From a virus (Duplodnaviria > Heunggongvirae > Uroviricota > Caudoviricetes), in IMG/VR virus record IMGVR_UViG_3300021963_000032: a DNA stretch of 64,000 bases; one strand, 5' to 3'. Below are positions 19,803 to 29,465 of the stretch, piece after piece. Numbering within the stretch: the first letter of the stretch is position 1; every line of letters starts with the position of its first letter. Made by a program: the position numbers and the translations under genes. Below the pieces are notes generated by a model. That model saw only the letters and a list, made by a program, of their open reading frames with translations. It had not been told where the DNA came from and searched no databases.

Positions 19803-22800
19803 GTGGCGAAGAAATCAATACAGAGCATATCAACCGTACCTGCAGCTTCGATTAAGACCATTCCAAGGGTGCAATCGAACGGACAGCTGCCGCCTCCACT
19901 TCCACCAACAGCAAAGGTTGTAAAACCCTTTGGAATGGAGTCGAGTAATATTGCGCAATATCCAAATGATGTTGTTGTACTTGACGTTTATAATGCAGTC
20001 AACGTATTTTTAGAATCCAACTACAGAGTATCTACCTTTGTTAAAAAAGGTAACGATATTGAATTAAACGTTGAGGATGACATAAAAAACCTAGGTTATA
20101 TTTCTGGAAAGTATATTGCTGAATATAAGTTCCACAGAAACTACTTAGGATCTGGAGATGGACATAAAGTCCAAATTCAAGAAATAAGTTCAGATGGATT
20201 AGAAGCTAGAATTGTCGCAATACCAAGTTCAACAATAAATAATCCAAGCTACCTAGATTTCTTCTCAACAAAGTTGTTTGACTTACCAAAAGCACAAACA
20301 CTTTCAAATTTATTCTTATTTAAGAAAACTACAAGAGGTACTGAATCTTATAGAATTTTTGATTACGTTCAAGATAAGTTTACCTTACCGCTAACACCAT
20401 ATTCAATTGTATTGAAGTTTTCATCACCACTACCAACAACGGTAAGTATAGGTGATCAAATTTGGGTAGCGCAGCAATTAAGTGATTCGATTACAGACAC
20501 AATTGTAATGGTACCACCTAAGCCAAAGAGAAAGCAGACGGTAATTGCTGGACCAAACTGGGACGTATTAAATAAAACACAAACAACAGTCACAACTCCG
20601 TATAAGGATTGGGATGACATCTTAACAACAAACACACAAACTACCGAGGATATAATTAACAGCCTTTTGAGTGGCTCTTTGGTAGAGGGAATAAAGCTTA
20701 ATGTAGATTATAGAAGATTTGAGAACTTTATTGTACTAGGTTCAGCTGTAGAGAGGTTGGAGAACTTCAAATACAAAATGACGTTGTTAGAGGATTACGA
20801 TGCAAAGTTGGCAATCCTAACTACCAACCTCATAGGATCACCAAGTAGTGGGGTGTCTTCAAGTTTAGCTTTTCAAACTAACCTAATCAACACACAAACC
20901 AAAAAGTCAGCACTAATTGGTAGCTTTGATTCCTACGAAAAATATCTATATAATCAGTCAAGTAGTTATGAGACTGGTAGTTATGGAGAATTTTACTCAA
21001 CAACTTGGCCAAAGTCAAACAGCACAAAACCATATATAAACTACTCAGTAACGTCATCTCAGGTAGAAGATTGGTACAAGGGAATTTATGATTCTGCTAG
21101 TTTGTTTGACAACAATAATGAGCAAGCGTTATACAAACTAATTCCAGCACACGTACTAGAAGATTCTTCAAATGACCAATACAGTTTATTGGTTAATATG
21201 ATGGGTCATTATTTTGACACGATACTGCTTTATATAAAACAAATTACTGAAACAACGGATCGTAAGCAGTCAATATATGAGGGATTCAGTAAAGAATTAG
21301 TATACCACGTAGCAAAAAGTTTAGGTGTAGATTTTGAGAATGGTAATGTTTTAGATGAACTGTGGTCATATACGCTAGGTACTGATCCTACCGGATCTGC
21401 TTCATCGCAGTATGACGCAACTAGCGACGATCGAACAAAAGAAATTTGGAAGAGAATAATCAACAATCTACCATACCTACTAAAAACAAAAGGAACTGAA
21501 CGAGGTGTTAGAGCTTTAATAAACTGTTATGGTATTCCTCAAACAATTCTAAGAATTAGAGAATATGGAGGAGCAGAACCAGAGTTTGATACAAAAACAG
21601 ACCTACAATATGAGCGATTTAATTACGCTCTAAAGGTTGGATGGAATGGCCTATCAACTGGAAGCACACCTCCAGCAGAGCTATTAAGTGTTCCGTGGCG
21701 AAAATTAACGACCAACAACTTGTTCCCAATGGCGGTGCAGTTGAGAGTTAAAATGGCTAAAGATCAAACAAAAGAGCAAACCTTATTTGAAGTTCCAAGT
21801 CGATGGAAAGTAAAAGCTTTTCAAAGCGCTAGTAGCAACTATGTTGGATTCTTCCTTAAGAACTCAACAGCAACGGTGTGGGCAACAGCAAGCGTTAGTT
21901 CATCTATTTATGATGGAACTTTCCACAGCATTACATTGCAGCGAAGCATAGCAACCGATGCTACTGCGTCTAGTCAAAATTACACACTTATTATAAAAAA
22001 GGTTAACTACGATAAGGTCGTTTCAACACAAACTGCAAGTTTAAGTGTTGATGGTGCTACGAGTAGTTCGTATAATGCTAACTTTGTAACGGCAGCAAAT
22101 TTATGGATTCCTGGGTCAGGGTCATTTGCCTACAACCAATCTCAGTCCATGACGATACTATCTGGTAGCGTGCAGGAGTTGAGATACTGGACAACGCCAC
22201 TTCAAGATAGTATATTAGATAACCACGCTCTTACGCCAACTAGTTTCCAAGGAAACACGGATGAGGTGCATACCGGAAGTACATCTAGTTATTACGATCT
22301 TGGTTTCAGATTATGCTTGGGTTCAGATAATCGTAATATAGATTATAGTACCACTCAAAGTTTGATGTCTCAGCACCCAAACCAATCAGAACAGTTATTC
22401 GTTGGTAGTATAGTTAAGTCTGGTTCCTTTAAGCACTTTATATCACCAGCATCGGGTTCACTTTATGAGCCAATTGTTGAAAAACATTCGTTAGAGTGGC
22501 CAGATTTGGGTGGAAACAGAAGTATTGGTACTAAGATAAGAATTGAAAGCACAACAACAGCAGGTACAACGGAGCTGTGGAGAGATAATAAAGCACAAAG
22601 AAGTTTATCTGACACACAACCGCCGGATAGCTCTCGACTTGGAGTATATCTATCACCTTCAAACGAAATCAATCAAGATATCGCTGAACAATTTGGTGGT
22701 ATTAGTGTTGATGATTATATTGGAGATCCAAGCTATTTGAGTTTAGACACATATCCTGGTTTAGATAAATTAAAATGGGAGTATAGTCGTAAGTTTACTT

Positions 22801-24398
22801 TAGGACGAAATAATACACAAAATTACATAAGACTAATCAGGCATTACGATGCTTCTTTGTTTCAGTTAATTAAAAAGTTTGTACCCTATAGAGCTAACAC
22901 TCAAACTGGTTTAGTAATAGAACCAACAATAATTGAAAGAGCTAAGGTAAGAACGACAGTTCCATCTTACGAGTCTTTAGATTATAGTGCTTCATTGGAC
23001 GTAGGGCCAGATGCAATCTTTACACCTGGCGGAGCTATACAAGATGGAGATGGTGAACCTTTTAGAGATCAACCAGGTTCAGTTAACAATGGATATGTCC
23101 CAGAGGGAACTATTGGTGGAGACGAGTCAGATTACATAAAACTGAGTGGTGAAGAACAGCGTATTTCAGAGTATAACGATGTTGTTTATTATCCATCTTA
23201 CGATTACCAAGCTCCAAGACAGAATATAGATATGATACCGGACTTTAGTTCTCCGGAAGTAGACTATGTAGTAATTGACGGTACAGATATTCCATTATCA
23301 CCAACGTTTGATGAAAGCTTTGCGAACCAGTTTAATCAACTAGGTTTAGATGATAACCCATCTACTAGTGGTAGTATGGCAGCACAGTTGGATTTGGGTA
23401 TTTCTCAATACGGAAGAGATACGAGAGTTTTAGGATCGCAGTACACTTTCATGACTTGGGCAACCAGTGGTAGTGGAGCAACCGGTTCTGCACCATACCT
23501 TGTAACAAGTAGCCATTACGCTTATAGCGAAGCTCAAGGACCAACCCTAATGACAGCGCGCTATAGTGAGATAATAGATAACGACAGTGATGTATACGGA
23601 CTAAATGTGTTTGCAGGTAAGGCTTTTACAGGTAGCTATGCATTAGAAACTGGCTCTACAATCTTTACGGCATCATTCGCATTCCAAAAAAACAAATGGA
23701 CATCACAATATGGCTTGCGCATATCAAGCTCGTTTACGGCAAGTGTTGGAACCTACGGTACAAGTTTATATGGTATAAGCACTTATGGAGCTGGAGTAGC
23801 TGCTATTCCATCAACTGGTGCACAGCACTGGAGAATAGACAACTCTCGAGGATTACACTACTACAACAGCGGATCGGCAATCAGTAATCATTCAGGATCA
23901 GCAACGATTCACGCCTTTTACTATGAACCAGATCAAAAACAAACGTACGACTATTTGTATGACGTCAGTATAACACTAAACTGCTCTTCATCAAATTCTG
24001 GAACAGCAACGTTGTACTATGGAAGCTTCAACTCTAATTATACGCAATCGATAGTATTGCCATCTACCCCAACAACATACACGTATAGAACAAAGGCAGA
24101 CGGTAATGTGTTAGGTCTTTTACTAAAAGGAAGTACTTTGGTAAATGGTGGAAGTATGGAGATAAGAAACTTATCAGTTAAGTCTGTAAATTATAGAGCA
24201 GAGGTTCAAGATTTTCACTTACGAGATAGTTATGGTATGAGGAATGCTCGATACGATGGATGTAAAATGTCTTCAGCTGGCTACAACATCGATAGTACCG
24301 ACACAGTAGACGGTGGGCCAGTAATAACGATAACAGAGGGAACTGGGGTTGAACTTGTTTCTAATCCAAGTCCTCGAGGAAACTTCCAAATTAGGTAG
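19803..24398 (+). CDS. Large baseplate/tail structural protein with a LamG-like region
   Basis: LPYLLKTKGTERGVRALINCYG resembles baseplate wedge (gp7/P2-I-like) motifs; YDGTFHSITL...SVQELRYW is LamG-like; Ser/Thr-rich. Confidence 0.55.
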   Translation: MAKKSIQSISTVPAASIKTIPRVQSNGQLPPPLPPTAKVVKPFGMESSNIAQYPNDVVVLDVYNAVNVFLESNYRVSTFVKKGNDIELNVEDDIKNLGYISGKYIAEYKFHRNYLGSGDGHKVQIQEISSDGLEARIVAIPSSTINNPSYLDFFSTKLFDLPKAQTLSNLFLFKKTTRGTESYRIFDYVQDKFTLPLTPYSIVLKFSSPLPTTVSIGDQIWVAQQLSDSITDTIVMVPPKPKRKQTVIAGPNWDVLNKTQTTVTTPYKDWDDILTTNTQTTEDIINSLLSGSLVEGIKLNVDYRRFENFIVLGSAVERLENFKYKMTLLEDYDAKLAILTTNLIGSPSSGVSSSLAFQTNLINTQTKKSALIGSFDSYEKYLYNQSSSYETGSYGEFYSTTWPKSNSTKPYINYSVTSSQVEDWYKGIYDSASLFDNNNEQALYKLIPAHVLEDSSNDQYSLLVNMMGHYFDTILLYIKQITETTDRKQSIYEGFSKELVYHVAKSLGVDFENGNVLDELWSYTLGTDPTGSASSQYDATSDDRTKEIWKRIINNLPYLLKTKGTERGVRALINCYGIPQTILRIREYGGAEPEFDTKTDLQYERFNYALKVGWNGLSTGSTPPAELLSVPWRKLTTNNLFPMAVQLRVKMAKDQTKEQTLFEVPSRWKVKAFQSASSNYVGFFLKNSTATVWATASVSSSIYDGTFHSITLQRSIATDATASSQNYTLIIKKVNYDKVVSTQTASLSVDGATSSSYNANFVTAANLWIPGSGSFAYNQSQSMTILSGSVQELRYWTTPLQDSILDNHALTPTSFQGNTDEVHTGSTSSYYDLGFRLCLGSDNRNIDYSTTQSLMSQHPNQSEQLFVGSIVKSGSFKHFISPASGSLYEPIVEKHSLEWPDLGGNRSIGTKIRIESTTTAGTTELWRDNKAQRSLSDTQPPDSSRLGVYLSPSNEINQDIAEQFGGISVDDYIGDPSYLSLDTYPGLDKLKWEYSRKFTLGRNNTQNYIRLIRHYDASLFQLIKKFVPYRANTQTGLVIEPTIIERAKVRTTVPSYESLDYSASLDVGPDAIFTPGGAIQDGDGEPFRDQPGSVNNGYVPEGTIGGDESDYIKLSGEEQRISEYNDVVYYPSYDYQAPRQNIDMIPDFSSPEVDYVVIDGTDIPLSPTFDESFANQFNQLGLDDNPSTSGSMAAQLDLGISQYGRDTRVLGSQYTFMTWATSGSGATGSAPYLVTSSHYAYSEAQGPTLMTARYSEIIDNDSDVYGLNVFAGKAFTGSYALETGSTIFTASFAFQKNKWTSQYGLRISSSFTASVGTYGTSLYGISTYGAGVAAIPSTGAQHWRIDNSRGLHYYNSGSAISNHSGSATIHAFYYEPDQKQTYDYLYDVSITLNCSSSNSGTATLYYGSFNSNYTQSIVLPSTPTTYTYRTKADGNVLGLLLKGSTLVNGGSMEIRNLSVKSVNYRAEVQDFHLRDSYGMRNARYDGCKMSSAGYNIDSTDTVDGGPVITITEGTGVELVSNPSPRGNFQIR

Positions 24399-24415
24399 TT
24401 TTCTAAAAACTAACA

Positions 24416-24423
24416 TATTTATA
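24416..24423 (+). promoter_or_regulatory. Putative late promoter TATTTATA
   Basis: 15 nt before ATG 24439. Confidence 0.65.
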
Positions 24424-24438
24424 TTAAAATAACAAACA

Positions 24439-25197
24439 ATGGGGTATTTAGATAATACAACGGTAACAGTAGACGCAATACTGACAAACAAAGGTCGTCA
24501 AATTTTAGCTTCTGGCGGAAGATTAAATATCGTGAAATTTGCTCTTTCTGATGATGAGATCGATTACGACTTATGGAATCCGGCTCACACTTTGGGAACA
24601 AACTATTACGGTGCTGTAATCGAAAACATGCCAGTATTAGAAGCATTGCCAGATGAATCTCAGATGTTGAGATACAAACTTCTTACATTACCAAAAGATG
24701 TAATCGGTATTCCAGTGATTAGCGTTAACCCATCTAGCATTTCAATTACTTCATTGAAGCAAGCTGTAACAATTTCACCAAGCACATTAAACTTGGCAGG
24801 TGGAAACGATGGAGCAGGATATACAGCAATTCTTAGCGACGACACTGTAGCTACATTAGAAGTTGCACCAGATGGAGCTGTAAATACTGCAGCAAGATCA
24901 ACACTTAACGTTGCAACAGCAATTACCAACGTAGCAGATGCAAACTTAGCAAACACAGCTGCTAACTTTGTTGATGACGAGGTAACAGGAATGACCACAG
25001 CTGGTAAGACAATCACAAAAGTAGGATCTAAATTCATTATCAAAGCAAAACCACAAGCAGGTACAACAATCAAACGTGCATTGTTAACAATTGTAGGTAA
25101 TGAGACTGGTGGATTCAAAACAGTATCAATTACAGTTGACCCATCACAATTCTTAACTTTAGATGTTCAAACATCAGCACCATTAAATACACTATAA
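24439..25197 (+). CDS. Tail/baseplate structural protein with a tail-collar (DUF3751-like) N-terminal motif
   Basis: VDAILTNKGRQILASG...IVKFALSDDEIDY. Confidence 0.5.
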   Translation: MGYLDNTTVTVDAILTNKGRQILASGGRLNIVKFALSDDEIDYDLWNPAHTLGTNYYGAVIENMPVLEALPDESQMLRYKLLTLPKDVIGIPVISVNPSSISITSLKQAVTISPSTLNLAGGNDGAGYTAILSDDTVATLEVAPDGAVNTAARSTLNVATAITNVADANLANTAANFVDDEVTGMTTAGKTITKVGSKFIIKAKPQAGTTIKRALLTIVGNETGGFKTVSITVDPSQFLTLDVQTSAPLNTL

Positions 25198-25203
25198 TAG
25201 GCC

Positions 25204-26265
25204 ATGGCAGAGATTTTTAAATTCTTTACACAAGACGACATCGTATCAGGTGATATCCAGACTATATCACAACCAATATGGTCAGAGAATATGAACCCGT
25301 ACTCGGCATCTTATGGAGGTACGACTGGTATAGGTTTTTTCACATCATCAACTCAGATATCACAATCTGGAGATTACTATGCAAACGTATATCACCGAAA
25401 CCCAGCAACAGATGCAAACGCAGCAGTACAATTTGCACTTGCTTATGGGCACAGAAAAGGAAGTGGTTCTTATGGTGATCCAAATACAACTGGACAAAAC
25501 GTAAATGATACACCAACGAGAGCAATCTATTCTCAATACAAGAATATGTTATTGCCTCCAACGGACACAGCTTTTACATTTGGAAACGATACTCCAGACG
25601 ATATTATCGTTCTTAACGTAGCTAGAGCACGATTCCGCCAAAAAGTAGATCCAGGAAACTGGGAGCTACGCTTAGGAAGTGGATCTGTTACTTCTACATG
25701 GGGAACAGCATATAGAACATTCATCGATGCTAGTGGTCAAGGAGATACTCCAACGATCAATGAAGCAGGACGTGTATTTGGAATCTATAGCGGTTCCGGA
25801 GGTGTAACAGCATCAGCGACTCAGTATGGTTTATTCTACCCAGATCAAGGTGTACTTATGTTTAACGCCACAAGATTAAAAACTGAATTAGGAATCGCAT
25901 TCGATAGTCGTTCAGCAGATGTGTTAGATAACCTATTATTGCAACCAAGAAACCACGTGACAATGTCACACCGTATTGCAGGTGCATCTTACTTCCAAGC
26001 AAGAAGTGAAGAGAAAGTAACATCTACTCACTACTTTGTGAGAATCACAAATAAGCAGTTTAACTTCTCTAACAATCCAACGTTTGTAACTGGATCAAGT
26101 GGTACATTCCTACATGCTAGTATGGTTCGTAATCCAAGTGTTTACATTACTACAATTGGTATGTATGATACAATCAACAGACTTGTAGCAGTTGCTAAAC
26201 TAAGCAGACCTTTATTGAAAAGCTTTAACCGTGAAGCATTGATTAAGGTTAAATTAGACTACTAA
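25204..26265 (+). CDS. Tail/baseplate structural protein
   Basis: C-terminal YITTIGMYDTINRLVAVAKLSRPL (collar-domain-like), shared with 26343..28109. Confidence 0.55.
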   Translation: MAEIFKFFTQDDIVSGDIQTISQPIWSENMNPYSASYGGTTGIGFFTSSTQISQSGDYYANVYHRNPATDANAAVQFALAYGHRKGSGSYGDPNTTGQNVNDTPTRAIYSQYKNMLLPPTDTAFTFGNDTPDDIIVLNVARARFRQKVDPGNWELRLGSGSVTSTWGTAYRTFIDASGQGDTPTINEAGRVFGIYSGSGGVTASATQYGLFYPDQGVLMFNATRLKTELGIAFDSRSADVLDNLLLQPRNHVTMSHRIAGASYFQARSEEKVTSTHYFVRITNKQFNFSNNPTFVTGSSGTFLHASMVRNPSVYITTIGMYDTINRLVAVAKLSRPLLKSFNREALIKVKLDY

Positions 26266-26290
26266 TTAATTTATTGAAAAGTCATATTAA

Positions 26291-26325
26291 GTAACCCTTT
26301 ACTTTTAGTAAGGGGTTTACTTTTT
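26291..26325 (+). terminator. Rho-independent terminator
   Basis: Hairpin GTAACCCTTTACT-TTT-AGTAAGGGGTTTAC followed by a T-run. Confidence 0.75.
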
Positions 26326-26330
26326 AGCCA

Positions 26331-26338
26331 TATTTATA
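26331..26338 (+). promoter_or_regulatory. Putative late promoter TATTTATA
   Basis: Directly after the terminator; 4 nt before ATG 26343. Confidence 0.65.
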
Positions 26339-26342
26339 TCAA

Positions 26343-28109
26343 ATGGCAGGAGTATTTAAGAGTCTCGATAAATCAGATGTACGTATAACACCGTTTAGAA
26401 CGTACAAGCTTTGGGCTGATGTTATACAGAATAACCTTAGCGGATCTGTCTATACAATATACCAAGCTAATTATAATCCACAATCAAACTATCTACAAGT
26501 TGATCCGTTAAATGATTCCTTCGATCAAGGTAATGCTTACTTTGAGCAGTCTGAAGCAAAAACAGCAAATGGTAAATTCCAAAGAGTTGTACATAGGTCG
26601 GTGGAACACATATATTACAGAGATTTCTACACAAATAACAAAGCTTCTTTTGGAAGTGGAAACATTAACAATCAGGTACGATATTTAGAGGATCAAGCTC
26701 AGATGGTGAGCATGCCACAATCAAAGTTTGGAGAATCAATTCTTCCAGGATCGGTGCAAATGGTAATGAGTTGGTCTTATGCAGTGAATAGTGGTAGCTT
26801 GTATAACCCATTAGCATTAACAACAGCAAGTGGTATTTGGATAGTTGAAGATGATTTTCAAGGAAACTTAGTAATATCTGGAAGTGGATTCTATTCTCCG
26901 TACGGACAATATATTGGAGGAGCCTACACAAACTACACTTCATCAGTAGACAAGTCCCCAGTAGGAGAGTGGCCGATAGATACAATCTACAAGTACACAG
27001 GTATTGGACCAGTTAGCTTCACTAGCAGCTTTAACAAAGGCAATTGGCAAATGGAAACACTATATAATAGAGTTAGTGTATCCTTTCCAACTAGCTCAAC
27101 AACACCATCAGCATCTGCAGTTCAGCTCCTAGGAGCACAAATGCAATTTAGCTCAACGAATAGCTCAAGTTTAGTTATAAAGACAGATCTTGTGTCAGAT
27201 TATAAGGATTTGTATAACTTCCAAAGTAAACCATTCTCGGTGAGCATGTTTGTTAATCCAACAGCATATCCAACCCAACCATCTGGAGCTATATTATTAT
27301 CAAAGCATGGACCTGCTGAAGAGCTTCAAGTAGATATTAATGGAAACGTATACTCTCAACCAGTGAACAATCAATTCCCATATAGACTAAGATATGTGTC
27401 TGGATCAAACAAAATTGCATTTGAGCAAGGTGGTGGTCATGAGGGAATCTTTATGGTGACTAGTAGTGCGATCTTAAACACAAACGAATTGTATCACATA
27501 GTAGCCACCAAGTCGGGTTCGCTACTAAGCTTGCATGTTAATAGTGCTACCAGTAGATCCATTGACACAGCTGTTAGTAACTTGAACGATAGAGATTGTG
27601 TAAATTTAGCTAACACCTATATTGGTAATTCCTATAAACAGACTGAAGGATTTGATGGGTACATCGATAACATTAAGATTTACAATAAGTTATTAGACCA
27701 AACTGAAATAAACATCCTACATCACACTCTAGGAGTTGGTAATGTTAATGTTGGTAATGTATTTTATAATCACGGAATGATGGGATTAACTTCAATTCCA
27801 AGTAGATACGCAACCTTCAATACAATACAAACAAGAGGTACACATACAATCTGGGAAACAGAAATATCATGCACAATAGGACCGGGTGAGTTTACAAGAA
27901 GTACAAACCCATCTTTGCAAGTTTACGATCCAAAACAAAACCAATACGTGTTCAGTTCATTTGCAACGTCATCTGACTTTTCACCATTTGTTACGAGTAT
28001 AGGTCTTTACGATGATTACCATAGATTGGTGGCTATAGGAAAGCTGAGTACACCAGTACAACTTCCAAACAATACAGATACAACAATAATCGTACGATTC
28101 GATAGATAA
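26343..28109 (+). CDS. LamG/concanavalin-A-like domain tail protein
   Basis: FSVSMFVNP, LYHIVATKSG, FDGYIDNIKIYNKLL; C-terminal FVTSIGLYDDYHRLVAIGKLSTPV. Confidence 0.7.
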   Translation: MAGVFKSLDKSDVRITPFRTYKLWADVIQNNLSGSVYTIYQANYNPQSNYLQVDPLNDSFDQGNAYFEQSEAKTANGKFQRVVHRSVEHIYYRDFYTNNKASFGSGNINNQVRYLEDQAQMVSMPQSKFGESILPGSVQMVMSWSYAVNSGSLYNPLALTTASGIWIVEDDFQGNLVISGSGFYSPYGQYIGGAYTNYTSSVDKSPVGEWPIDTIYKYTGIGPVSFTSSFNKGNWQMETLYNRVSVSFPTSSTTPSASAVQLLGAQMQFSSTNSSSLVIKTDLVSDYKDLYNFQSKPFSVSMFVNPTAYPTQPSGAILLSKHGPAEELQVDINGNVYSQPVNNQFPYRLRYVSGSNKIAFEQGGGHEGIFMVTSSAILNTNELYHIVATKSGSLLSLHVNSATSRSIDTAVSNLNDRDCVNLANTYIGNSYKQTEGFDGYIDNIKIYNKLLDQTEINILHHTLGVGNVNVGNVFYNHGMMGLTSIPSRYATFNTIQTRGTHTIWETEISCTIGPGEFTRSTNPSLQVYDPKQNQYVFSSFATSSDFSPFVTSIGLYDDYHRLVAIGKLSTPVQLPNNTDTTIIVRFDR

Positions 28110-28112
28110 GTT

Positions 28113-28514
28113 ATGGCAAAAAGAGTTTACGCAAAAAGAGAAGCAGCTAAGATCAAAGGTTACCGAAGCGGGCTTGAAGAGGACCTAGATGCTACCTTAA
28201 AAAAGGTGGGAGTGGACGGCCAATATGAACAACACAAAATCAAATATGTTAAGCCAGAAACGCAGCATACATACACTCCAGACTTCAGATTACCAAATGG
28301 TATCTTTATTGAAACAAAGGGAAGGTTTGTGGTGGAAGATAGAAAAAAACACATTCTAATTAAAAGCCAACACCCTGAGTTAGATATTCGATTTGTATTC
28401 CAAAACTCAAGAAACAAGCTAAGAAAAGGATCAAAAACAACTTACGCCGATTGGTGCGTTAAGTATGGCTTTCTTTATGCAGATAAAGATATTCCAGCTG
28501 AGTGGTTTGCTTAA
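28113..28514 (+). CDS. T7 endonuclease I-like Holliday junction resolvase
   Basis: YRSGLE, YTPDFRLPNGIFIETKGRF, HPELDIRFVF, TYADWC, IPAEW. Confidence 0.92.
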   Translation: MAKRVYAKREAAKIKGYRSGLEEDLDATLKKVGVDGQYEQHKIKYVKPETQHTYTPDFRLPNGIFIETKGRFVVEDRKKHILIKSQHPELDIRFVFQNSRNKLRKGSKTTYADWCVKYGFLYADKDIPAEWFA

Positions 28515-28541
28515 TCAATAAAATCTTCGTATAGTTACTGC

Positions 28542-29465
28542 ATGACAGTAAGTGTAGCACAAGGAAGAAAATTACTTGACGGGTATTTAGGATCAAGCAT
28601 TCCTCACAGAAATGGTGAGATGAGTTATCAATGCCCATTTTGTAGCCACTACAAGAAGAAGCTACAAGTAAACCTACATACACAGAAGTGGCATTGTTGG
28701 GTTTGTGATGCAAGAGGTCAAACGGTTTCGTCACTACTTCGCAAGAGTAATGCACCATATGAGTATATTAAGCAGGCTAAGGAGCTTTATGGCGATACAT
28801 CGTCTAATTCAACCTCCCACCTAAACATGAGAGAGTTGGTTGCGTTGCCGGAAGGATACAAACCACTTTACATTAAACAAAATACACCAGACTACAGAAA
28901 TGCATTACACTACGCAATCACGGAAAGAAACCTAACCCCTATTGACATTCTAAGATATCAAGTCGGTTACTGCGAAGAAGGTCCTTATGCGGGAATGATT
29001 GTAATACCAAGTTATAATGAGGATAACAATTTAAACTATTACGTAGGTAGAAGCTACTACCACCAAGCTGTAACTCACAAGAATCCACCAGTATCTAAGG
29101 ACATTGTGGGCTTTGAGAACCAAATTAACTGGAAGGAGCCAATCATACTTGTTGAAGGAGCTTTTGATGCAATAGCAGTAAAAAGAAATGCAATTCCGTT
29201 GTTTGGTAAGAAAATTATGACTACATTAAGAATTCGTATACTAACTGAGAAAGTAAAGAAAATATACATAGCATTGGATGCCGATGCATTCGCTGACAGT
29301 GTAAGGGAAGTTGAGTACTTTTTGAACAATGGGATAGAAGTATTCCTGGTAAAGCTGCCAGGAAAAGATCCTAGTGAGATTGGGTACGAGGGAATGATTA
29401 ACGTAATAGCTACCGCAAAGAGGGTAGATTTTTTCGATTTAGTGAAATTTAAAATGCTTTTATGA
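28542..29465 (+). CDS. DNA primase (zinc finger plus TOPRIM)
   Basis: CPFCSH...WHCWVC zinc finger; ILVEGAFDAI; IALDADA. Confidence 0.88.
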   Translation: MTVSVAQGRKLLDGYLGSSIPHRNGEMSYQCPFCSHYKKKLQVNLHTQKWHCWVCDARGQTVSSLLRKSNAPYEYIKQAKELYGDTSSNSTSHLNMRELVALPEGYKPLYIKQNTPDYRNALHYAITERNLTPIDILRYQVGYCEEGPYAGMIVIPSYNEDNNLNYYVGRSYYHQAVTHKNPPVSKDIVGFENQINWKEPIILVEGAFDAIAVKRNAIPLFGKKIMTTLRIRILTEKVKKIYIALDADAFADSVREVEYFLNNGIEVFLVKLPGKDPSEIGYEGMINVIATAKRVDFFDLVKFKMLL

